From: Monocercomonoides exilis PA203
Taxonomy: Eukaryota; Protista; Preaxostyla
Length of the DNA: 64,000 nt
Assembly: GCA_001643675.2 (NCBI GenBank)
Contig: LSRY02000023.1
Coordinates: forward strand, 558,001 to 622,000
Direction of reading: 5' to 3'
The notes below the pieces were generated by a model. That model was not told the DNA's origin. It made no database searches and saw only the letters and a list, made by a program, of their open reading frames with translations. Both the position numbers and the translations under genes were made by a program. Of the stretch, positions 25,001-37,000 are shown in pieces (the first letter of the stretch is position 1; each line of letters opens with the position of its first letter).

Positions 25001-28000
25001 GACGACTTTGAGGAAGAGAGGAGAGGAAGCTTGACAAGAAGCGAAGACGAGTCAGATGGAAGCTCTGATTCACCTTCTTCTGCTTCCTCATCTGAAATTG
25101 AGCTATCTGATGAAGACAGCAGTGACGAAGACAATGAAAGTAGCACTGACGATGACAACGATGAAGACAACGATGATGATGATGATGAATGCCACATATC
25201 TCCAAGACAAGTACAGCTGTCTCCCTCGATGACATCCACATCCTCTGAAATACCTCGTCAGATGACCCCCTTTGCCTCCACATCCTGTTTGTATGCCATC
25301 GACTCTGTCGCCACCTCGTCCAATGTGTTTGCCCAGTTTGCTCGCTTGCTGTATCGCGTGGTGCACACTCTAACTTTGCATCTTCCTTCTGCTGCTCTTC
25401 TTTCTCTGGCATTTTCTATGCAGAGGAGATGGTCCCCTGCTCCTCTTCTTCATTCTCCTCTCTTCTATTTCGGTGTGCGCCAGTCGCATCTCTCCTTCAA
25501 CACACTCTCGTATGCTGCATCGATGCACAACTGGATGGATTCAAGTGTGCTGAAGAAGCACGAGCTGCAGAAGAAGCTGAAATTCGCCTTCGCAACTTTC
25601 TTCTCAAAGCACAGGAATGTGGTTCAGAGGGGAAATAGATCGCTTTCTGAGCTTATTGATCTGCTGGAGGGCTTTTCGCAATCTCTGACACTTGGACATT
25701 CATTAAAGCTGTTGAATATCACTGAAAAGGCAGGCATTGGTGCTTCTGCTGTTGCGCCATCCACTTCTTCCTCTTCTACCTCTTCTACCTCTTCCTCTTC
25801 GTCATCACCATCAACTTCTTCTTCTTACACACAACAATCACCAAATACAGATGTATTGCAGGATGGGAATTATCCTCAATCATATTCTTCTTCAGTACCA
25901 TCTTCATCATCATCGTCTTCTTCTACAGCAGTTCCTTCGTCTTCTCCATCGTTTTCATCCTCTTCCTATCCCTCCTCTTCCTCTTCTTCCTCTTCATTTT
26001 CTATTTCTTCTTCCTCTTCTGCTTTCTCCTCGCTCCCAACTGTGTCATCATCCTCTTCACTGCCTCAGCTGGAGAAGCTCATCAAACACGAAGACGAAGC
26101 GCTCCAGAGGGAAATGTGCATCCTTCTCAATGCAATCACCAGCTCCCTCTCAAAATCCACACACAGCGGCAATCCAGAGCTGCTCTCCACCATCGGAACA
26201 TTCATCGCCCTCTTCTTCTGCAACCCTGAGAACGCCATGTCGCCTTCTTCTGTGTTTGCACTGATGGACAGACCAGCTGAACTGCAGCAGCTTCTTTCGA
26301 TGTATTCATCATCATCATCTTCTTCTTCTTCTTCCTCACTATCTTCTTCTTCTTCTTCTTCTTCCTCATCCTCTTCATCATCGTCCCATCTGTCTGGCAG
26401 ACGAACCTCTTCCACATCCTCTTCGAAGTCCAGCCAACGCTCAGCCAGCAACCAGAATCCGTTCAGAGGAAGTGTTGGCTATCCATTCCATCGGAATGAG
26501 AATGAACACGAACGAGAAAGAGAAAGAGAAAGAGAAAGAGAACATGATCATGATCACGATCACGAACATCGCTCGTCAGTTGTTTCAATCTCGTCTTCTC
26601 TTTCAGCTGCATCACACGGGCCTGTCCCATCCACTCCCAGTGTGTTTAAAGACAGCATAGCCAAGACTGTGTCTTATAAACAGAGCAAATCTACACAAAA
26701 TGTGACAGGCGGAATATCACAGCCAACAGGACTACAGATACAACTGCAGCAGCTGCCAAGACGGTCGCAGCTGAGCTGCCGATCGCAGCCACAATCACCA
26801 ACAGCTGCAAGATCAGAGTTTGCACATGCGAAGGAGGAGTTATATTCGCTGAATGAAAAGCAAGAATTGAAGGAAAAGAAGCGTAAGAACAAAGAGAGGA
26901 ATAAGAGGTTAGGAAAGGAGAAGGAGAAGGACAAAAATAGAGAAAGAGAAAAGAGGAAGAGAAAGAAGCAAAACGAATTGAATTCCAAAAGAGCCCAACT
27001 GTTTGGTGAATCCTCTCAGAAGGAGCTGATTCCTTTGAAGCAATCACAAATACAACAGCAGCAACAGCAACAGCAGCAGAGTCTGATGTCACCTGCCTCT
27101 CCCTCATACAAACGAATGCTCGGCGCCCAGCGCGCCTTCGAAATGAACACACGAGACACTCCAAACGATGTTATGTCTATCAAAAGCTCAGACGGAATGG
27201 CGTCTGTGTCACAACTGAGTGACAGAGTGAACTACAATGGACAAACACTCACTCCACCTGCGAACTACCACCCGTCAAGCACTTCTTCATCGGTTGTGTC
27301 CTCGTCACTAGGAGCAATGCATCCTCTTCCAAATGCTCCTTTTGGATCTTCATCATCTTCTTCTTCGTCGTCTTCTTCTTCTTCAACGTCTTCTTCGATT
27401 GTAGCGTCAAATGCAACAGCAAATCAGAGTACCACAGAATACCCTGCCGTTGGCGATGAGCTGCTGGACATGCACATGGACGCCTTCGACTTCGGGATGA
27501 ACGTGAGAGCGCTCCACCAAATGGCCAAGAGCCAAATCCACCGCCTTTCGTGCGGAAGAACCACACTGCAGCGCACCTCGCAGGTGAACACGACAATTCT
27601 CAGGCTGCTTCTGGCATCGGCGAACAAGCGCAGGGCATCACTGGCTCGGATGCAGCAGCTGGGGGCGCAGATGACGAAGGACCTGGACAGGTTCAACAGG
27701 ATTGCAAAGGGAGAGCATATTCGAGATGTGTTTGATGAGACGCACAATGCAGACAAGCTTCCTTCGTTTGTTCCATCAGAGCTAATTCCTGACAAAGATA
27801 ACACACCTCTGAAGGACAAGGGAGACCTGCTGAAAGGAATGTCTCCTGCTCTTTTCTCTCTTCAGCAGCAGCAACTTCAACTTCAACAACAACAGCAGCA
27901 GCAGCTACAGCAGCAACAACAACAGGCTTCTTTCACACAGCAGTCTTCTTATCGCTCGAGTGTGTCAGTCAATCAGCCTCTTCAGCTGCACCAGTCACAG

Positions 28001-31000
28001 ACTTCTGCTTACAACCAGCCGCTTTCACCAAGAAATGCGCAAGCAATGGCACTCCCCACAGATCAGCTGAGCATGTCCACTTCTCAGCTGACACCTATCG
28101 GCGATCCATTAGCTTTGACAACAGGAGCAGATGCAACATTCCATCCACACACGTTTCCAAGGAGAGGCTCAGAGGAAGTGTCTGCCAAGATGATGACTTC
28201 CACATTCCACAAGCCACAAACACACGCACTCCCCTCTGCGCCACAGGCACGCAACACCTCTTTGTATCCTTCTTCATCGCCAACGTTGAGTATGCAACAG
28301 TTAAATAGACAGTTTTCTCCTCAGCAGACACCGCTCTTCTCACAATCATCTCTTAATTCACAGTCAGACTTCAGCAGAGAGTCTTATTCACAAGCCACAA
28401 CCACATCAAACTTCCTTCTCACTCCTTCCATTTCTGTGGATGTTCTGTCTCTTCCTCCTTCCTTCGACTCCTCATTCCGCTCAACAAACACATTCCACAC
28501 TCCACAGCCTTCGATGTCGTTGGAGTCCGTTGCTGTGCCAATGATGAGCCACACGACAATTCTGCCTTCTGCCAGCCATCTGCACAGCCAGGGCAGCGTT
28601 AACCCGCCTCTACTTGCCCATCAGCAGGAGAATCCGCTGAGCGAAGTGACGTCGCAGTATTTGAACTCAACCACACCCAAAAGAGGAGTTTATAGCACTA
28701 TGCCTGCACTTGCTGATGATGAAGAGAATCAGTTTTCGGGGAATGGAGGCATTGACACGGCTTTGATGTCTCCTGTCTCAATGACTCCATCTTCACACAC
28801 GACAAACGTTGGCAATCCACTCGCACCTTCACAAAGCACACCTTCCAATCAACTTATTCAGCCAGCGATGCATCAGCGCTACTCAGAAGTGCCCTTCAAT
28901 GGCATTGACTTTGCAGCCGAGACACCTTATATCCCACCAACAGCCATGTATTCCACGCTCACTGCAGCAGCCCCTGAGCACTGTCAGATGCTGGTTATCC
29001 TGCAAATTGATGATCTGCTGATCTATCTGAATCCTGTGACAGGAGAAAGGAGGGTGCACAGATTCAACGGCAGAGACGAGGATGAGCTGGATCCGAAGAT
29101 AGACGAGTTTCTGGAGGAAGAGCAGGCATCGAAACATGATGAGAAGATGAGGGGGAAAAGCAAAAAAGAGAAAAAGAAGGATAAGAAAAAGAAGGCAACA
29201 TCATCAAAGGTTATTAGCTCTTCTGCCAAAAATTCTGCTATGTCATCCCAAGCGAAGACTTCCGATTCAACAACAGCTTCAAAGTCTGTAAGTTCATCAT
29301 CGTCATCATCTTCTTCTTCTTCAGCAACAACTTTATCATCATCTTCAACATCAGCAGAATCTGACAAGAAATCAAGCTCATCTTCCTCTGTTTCATCAGA
29401 TGCGTCTAATTCCTCCAGCACAACTGCGAATGCCTCACAAACATCCAAAATTCTCACACCTCCTCAGTCTTCTGTTCCCGATTTGTCCAAATGGAGTGAT
29501 GCAGACGATGACGATGAAGTGTTTGAGGCAAAAGAACCTGAAAAGAGCGATGCAAAGCAGAGTCCAAAGGCTTCCCATTTGTCTCAGAGCAGTCAGAATC
29601 AAATGGACGAAGATAATATCGAAGATGAGAATGGCTTTACTGATCTGAATAAGCTGGCAGCGCTAATGGAGAAGAAGAAGAGAGAAGAACAAGAAGGAGA
29701 AGAGAAAGGGAAATCATCCAGCCAGAACATCCAGCTGCAATCAACGTCACTCCTCACGACGATATCAGAGGAAGACGAAGGAGAGGATGGGTTTGGCTCG
29801 ATCGACGAAGAAGGAGAAGGAAAGAACGGGAAAGCAGACGGTGGTGACTCACTTGGAGAGAGTGAGAGCAGCAGCAGCAGCGAGACAGAGGATTCAGACG
29901 ATGTCGATTCAGAAGCAGAGAAGAAGAGGAAGAAGATTCAGGACAACATTCCAGAGCATCTGAGGAAGTATGTGGAGACAGACGATGACGACGACGAGGT
30001 GTTTGAGGCAGAGACGGAAGATCCGAACCCGAGTGAAGGATTGGGAGAGGAGAAGGGAGCATTGCTTGATTCGCTTGATGGATATGGAGATGAAGATGAA
30101 GCGGAGAGAAGAATGAGAGGAGAAGGAGGAGTGGATGGAAGAGAAGCTGATGATGAGATGTTTTCAGTACAAACATCAGTGAAAATGGAAGTGAAATCGA
30201 CGAATGAAGAAGACGATGATGATGATATGGATGATATCTTCGGTGATCAAGACATTCCGTTGAAGCCAAAACAGCTGGAGGAACAAGAAGAAGTGGACTT
30301 TGGAGAACTTGAATTTGACGAAGTTGGAAGCATAATGAGTGAGAAAAAAGAAGAAAATACAGAAAAAAGAATCATCAACAAAGAAGAATCAAAAGATGAG
30401 CAAAAAGAACTTTCTGTTGAAGTGAAGAATCCATTGAGTCTGAAAGCAGCTCAGACAAAAACAAAGCCAAAAAGCTTCAGCGAAGACGAGGACGAAGATG
30501 AGTTTGATGATTTGATAGGCGATCAGAAGATAACATTGAAGCCAAAAGTGCTTGAAGAACAGGAGGAGATTGACTTTAGTGAATTGGATGAAGTGTTTGG
30601 GGATGAGCTGCCTGCTTCAAAGAATGAAAGTGTCAGTTTGAGCGAAGCAGCTTCGAATGAACAGTCGGCAAAGGGAAAAGAAGGAAAAGAAGAGAAAGAA
30701 GAGAAAAAAGGAGAAAAAGAAAAAGAAGATACAGCTACAAAAGAAAAGAAGAAGAAAGAGTTCAAAGAGGAAGAAGATGAGGATGATGATGACTTCTTTG
30801 GAGATGTGGATGTTGTGCTCAAGCCAAAAGTGTTGGAAGAGCAGGAAGAAGTTGATTTTGGAGATGTTGATGAACTGCTGAACGAAACAAGCAAAGAAAA
30901 TGTTGATGCAAAAGCTGATGAAACTGCTAATGTGAAAGAAAAAGAAAAAGAAAAAATGCTAAAGGAAACATCAGAAAAATCAATCGATAAAAAAGAAGAG

Positions 31001-34000
31001 GAAGAAGAAGAAGCCGATGATCCATTTGGAGATTTCGATGATGATATTCCAGGAGTTATACCTGAAGCATTGCAAGGAATGATGGAGCAATCCAATGAGA
31101 CGACTGAAAATGCATCTCAGCCTCAAAAATTAGAAGAGAAGCCAAAGGAAACAGATGAAAAGAAAGAGCAAGGAGATGTTTCAATCCAAAAGGAGCAAAA
31201 GCAGATTCAACAGGAAGAGAAGAAAGAAGACAGTCAAAAAGATAAAAAAGCAGCTGAACAGCCTAAGCCCAGTTCACAGAAAGTGGCTGAAGTGCCTGAT
31301 TATCTGAAGCGCTATCAGGAGACAGACGACGATGATGATGAGGTGTTTGAAGCTGAACCATCAGATTCTGAATCAAACGAGAGCAAAAGTGAGGAAGATG
31401 TGGAAGAAGAAGATGACGATGAAGACGATGATAAGTCTGAAAAGGCAAAACAGAAAGGAGCAAAAGAGAAAGAGGAGACGAAAGAGACAAATGCACCGAA
31501 GAAGCAGAAAGTGGAAGTTGCAGACTATTTGAAGCGATTTCAAGAAAGCGATGACTCAGACGATGACGAAGTGTTTGAGGCTGTGGAAGAACCCAAACCA
31601 ATTCCAAAGCAACAATCAAGCACTTCTGCTGGAATGCAACCATCTTCCACTGGAAGTTGCACATCATCGAAGGATAAGAACAACGCGACTGTTGTTCCTG
31701 ATTATCTCAAGCGATTCCAAGAGACAAACGATGATGACGACGATGAAGTGATGGAAGCAGAGCCTTCAACAAAGAGCCAAAAGGCCAGCCAACAAAGCGC
31801 TCAACAACAGAAACAGCAGCAGCAACAACAACAACAGACTGCACCTTCTGCTGCTCCAAAAAGACAGCAGCGCATTCAGAAGCTGAGAAGAGCAACGATG
31901 GCGCTGATTTCGATGCAAAGGCATCAGAACGCAGGCATCAGCCAGCAGGAGCAGATTGTGATGAAGCAGATCATACAAGCACAGCAAGATGCTGAGGAAG
32001 GCATTGTGAGAAGAAGAGAGCCACAGACGCTTCCATTCCATCCGATTGTGAGTGGGACAGACGAGAGAAAGCAGATCATCAGCTTCACTCAGACACAGCT
32101 GGAAAAGCACAACACCGCAAGAATTGTGGAGAAGAACAACATGATGCTTCGTCTGCAGGCGAGAGGCAACATCGACAAGTCGAAAGAGAAAGAGAGCACA
32201 GAAAAGCAGATTCAACTCTATCAAATGCAGGTGAATGTGTGGCCGTATCCGCAGATGTTCCCAAGCTATCCACACGTCACTCCGCCACTGCTGTTGCTGA
32301 AACAATATCGCCATCTGAAGCTTCTGAGGCCTCCCTCTCAAGCAGATGGTGTGTTTTCATCAGCACATGCATCATCAGCTTCAGTATCACCTTCAATATC
32401 TCAGAGAACATCTTCAGTGATTCCTTCTTCCTCTGCTGTGATTGTCGCTCCTCCTCATGTGACTATCCAGAAGCCAGCATATCCCGCAAACGCAGCGTTC
32501 ACAACACTCAAAGCACTGCCACACACCTTCATAGGCAACTCTGCCACACTCAACAGTTGGCTCTTGCAGATAGCAGCTTCGTTGCCAGAAGCCAAAGAGA
32601 ATCTGATGAAACTGCACTGCCAATTCGCGTCCACCACAACAATTGCCGTCCAGCTGCTGATTAACATCTTCCACAACCCGAACAGTCTTTTGAGAGACGC
32701 CAGAATGGAATCAGGCTTGAAGAATCAGTTTGGAGCGCTTTCGATGCAGATGGGGGCGTTCAATGTTCCAGACAGTTCATCCAATTTGAGTGCAGAAGCA
32801 GGAAGCAGAGAACTCCACAGAGGCAATTCTTTGTCTGAACAGCCAGCAGACAGCATGTCAGCAAACAGACTAGCACACAGCAGCAAGCGAAGCTCAACGA
32901 ACAGCTCTTCGTTCCTTTCCACTCCTCTTCCGTATGACACTTATCGGATTCCTGGTGTAACTCCAACTGTTGTTTCTCAATCTCCTCCTCTTTCAGGATT
33001 CCCAGTATATTTCCACAGCAACTTGCCTTCAGCTGCTTCTGCGTCTCCACTCAGCAGCAACAAAGCATCGTCCACTCTTTCGCCAAACGAACAGTTGTAT
33101 CCTCCTCAGCCTTCTCCATTCCTCAGCTATTCACTCAAGCCATACAGCTTATCCAGATCATCCTCGTCTTCTTTGGCTCAGCCTGCGACTCCTGACCAGG
33201 CAGCGCTGCCAGACTCGTTCCACCCAACAGACGTGTGCTCTGCTCTGATGAAAGCTTCCTCGCCTTCGCCTTCTGTGTCTATTGCCTCTCGCACTCCATC
33301 TACTGCCACTCATTCAGTGACCACGTTCATTCCTCGGCTCAGCCAAACAACAAAACAGAGATCATTTTCCAAAAACGTGTCGGTTTCTGTGCAGCCATCC
33401 TCATCGATATCATCTTTTCATTCGCCAATTTTCTCATCTGCCCAGCTGCCTTCTTCTTCTTCTGCTACGTCTGGAATGTCCTCTGCTGATCTGCATAGCC
33501 ACTTCGCATCGTCTGCCCAATTAGCACAGTTTTCGATGTCATCACTGACAAAACTGGCACAGAAGACTCAGCAGAAAGACCTGCACATTCGCACACTGCA
33601 TCCTCGTTTGAAGCGGCCAGCGCTGTTTTCGTCTCTTTTCAACAAGCTGAATGCAGTGGAGTATCAGTCACTCACAGCAGCCATTGGATTAGGCACCAAA
33701 CAGGAAAGAGAGAAAGAGCTGAGGAAGCTTGTGATGGAGCAATCCTCGTCATCTTCTGCTTCCTCATCTGTCAATGGAACGAATACTATTCCCACACTCC
33801 CAGGCATTTCGCATCCATATGCCATTCCACTTGCTCCTGTGTTTCTTGTAACTTCTGCCTCGCTCCAGGTGTTTCCCTGGGAGATGGTGCTGCAGATGCC
33901 AGCAGTCAGAGCATTCACCATCGCAGAAGTGGCTGAACGGTACGGACACATTGCGACATACACGCTGCCTGTGAATGATGTGATTGCTACTTCAACTTTG

Positions 34001-37000
34001 CTCTTGCCAAGCGAAGAACCGTCTCAGACAAATGAGAGTGCATTTGCTAAGCCTGGCATTTCACAGCATCCCCTGGAGCTCAGCGGAGCAGACGGGAGTG
34101 CTTCTGCTGTGCCATCGAGAAAGTCAAAGAAGAATTCAATGTTTCCTTCATTCACTCACCCTTCACGTGTGCCTTCGCCATCTTCCGTTCAGTCTCATCC
34201 ATCCATCCCGAAAAGCCCCTCCTTGCCTCGTGCTTCACTGAGGAGCCAGGCCAACGAGGATTCCAACATGACAACAGACCGAGAAGAGCTCAGCTTCGAT
34301 GCGACCGACCAGACAGACTCAGAGCGCAGCGAGCAGGATCTGATGGATGACCTGAACAGCACCATGCGCACTGTGATTGTGAAACAAGATCCCTTCGACC
34401 CGTTCGAGATGGAGACACGCTCATACACAGACAGTGCTGTCCTGCCTCATTCACCTGCAGATGTCGATGTCAGCTTCTCGCAGCTGTCGCTGATGGAACA
34501 GAAAAGAAGAACAACCATCGGAGACCCGTCATTCCTGAAGGACATCTCACAGACTTCTCCTCCTGGGTCTGCCAGTGACATTGACGGGAACGAAGAAGAA
34601 TTGCCAGATAAGAACGGTACCATCAAGACAATACGGGCGCACAAGTCCCACCGATCGCAGCCTTGCTCGCCGCTCACGCCGAACTCTCCGCCTTTCACTG
34701 CGTTCGACCCGTCGGTGTCTGACCAGTGGCTGTATGTGGATGGCACGCTCAGACAAAGCGAGTCAGCAGCGTCTCCCACACCTTCAGTGATATCTGAGAG
34801 CAACTCACTGGTGTCGTTGAGTCTGAGCATCTTCGGCGGGGAGGGCGATGCACACACACATCCTGTTTCTGATGCATCTGCCTCTTCAGATGCACACGAT
34901 CAGTCAGCAGCAGCAGCAGCATCATCAGCAGCAGCAGGTTCATCTGCAGTGCAGAAGAAGGCACAGGCAAGTGGGAAGCGGAACAAGCCAGCCGCTCTGC
35001 GGATTTCAGTGCCGCCGCTGAGGCTTTCGCAGGCGTCTGTGACGTCTCCGTTCTCAGACACGAGCGGAAGTGCACACGCTTCGCCTTCTGCTTCGTCGGC
35101 GAGTCTGCAGCAGCAGCATTCGCAGAGTCAGAACACCAACACCTCGTCAGCGAGCCGGCTTCCACTCGCCAGGTGTCAGCATGCGCCGTCGATGCTCAAC
35201 CAGAGAGAAGGGGATGCTGCTGAAATGGCACAACAACAGCAGCAGCAAATGCAACAGCAACAAATGCAACAGCAGCAACAGATGATGATGTTGAATGAGC
35301 CGCACATGAAGACACAGATAGCGACCATCAAAACGAGAATCAGGCAGAGTGTTGTGTTCAGCCGAGTGGTGTTTTCGATTGGCGGGGTGTTCAAAAGGAG
35401 TCTGCAGAGCTTCATCGAAGAGCAGGCTGAGCGAGGGATAGAAAGCGAGCAGATGATGAACCCTCTGCTTGTCACATCAATGACGCCCTTGTCGCTCACA
35501 TCTATTGACAGTGAGTCTGCCTCTTCTTCTTCTTCTTCCTCCTCCTCCTCCTCTTCCTCGTTTTCTTCGTATTCCACTTATTCTTCCTCGTCCACCTACT
35601 CATCGTCGCACAGAGCTCGTCTTCCGCCAGCCCTTCCAGTTTCGCAGGCAGCACCGGATTTGGAGTGGCAGATTGTCCCATCAGCAGACGATGGGTCAGC
35701 GAGCATGGAGTCATCGTCAGTGAAAGTGTCAGCACATGGAAGAGGCACGCTGTGTGGGAGTGGGCTGTTTGTGGAGTCGGGGGAGGGGGAAAGAGAGCAG
35801 CAGGCAGGAGAAGAAGGAATGCACCCTCCTTCGCCTCTCATCCAGACACACTCCGAAAACGCAGTTGGTGCGCTGCAGCCGACAACAGATGTGGCTTCTT
35901 CAGCCTCTCTCTTCAACCCTGCTGTGCTATCAATGCAATCATCATCTTCTTCCTCTTCTTCACCAATGCCAGCCTCATTCCAATCTCTTTCGCCCTTTTC
36001 TTCTGTTTCTGCCGCTGCCCATTCGCCCTTTGAGAGTGCCTCGTCTTCATCCTCATTTGACTCAACGAAAACGGATTCTCCGATGCAAAAGAGTGTTTCG
36101 CATCTTTCGGTCTCATCAAAGAGCCAGGAAACATTTGCGAGTCCGAAGAAAGTGCGGAAGAATTCGAATGAAGAAAAGGAGCGGAAAAGCAGCGAGACAG
36201 AAAAGTCGACTTTTTCAGCCACATTTTCAGGCTCATCTGCTTCCATATCGTCGATGTTGTCTCCATCCAGTTCATTTGCATTCACTGCTTCTCCTTCTCC
36301 TTCACCTTTCTTTTCAGCCATTCCATCTTCTTATCCCTCTTCTTCTTCCTCTTCATCATCTTCTTCATCTTCATCTTCCAACTCAACAGAAGATGCCTCC
36401 TCTTCTCCTCTTCCGTGTGCGTCAGCTGTTCCTTCTCAACAAGCCTCTTCGCGTGCATCCACGGCGAGCAGCAGCGGACAGATTGTGCGTTGGGAAATGA
36501 AACCGAAAAGAGACAAGAAATCGACAAAAACACACATTTCCCACAGCTACTCGCATCATCTTCCTCAGCACGCGAGCTTCCTGTCAGCAGTCACTCCGCT
36601 GAGCTTTGTCTCCCCCGCTGTGCATGCACACTCAGCCACCACAAACGACCTGGCGTCTTTCTCCTCGTCAATCACGAAGCTGCTCTCCACCTTCATGCGC
36701 CTGCGTGCGCTGCCCGCGTCGTCAGCTCTGATCCACCCGCAGATCTTCATTCCGTTTGTGCCTTCTTCTTTCTCGTCATCTCCTTTTGTGACGACTTCGC
36801 TGGGCAAAAGCATTGCAGCGCAGTGGAAGGACTCGGTGCTGCAGATTGCCGCGACGATCACGCACCGGGCGCTGAAGGCGAAGTCGATTGGAGAGCTGAA
36901 TGAGCAGAAGATCTTGTCGGTGCTGGCAGATGTGATTGCATCGCTGTCGTCGTTTGTGGCGCCCGAGGCGAACATCGACACGTCGCAGAACGATGCGAGG

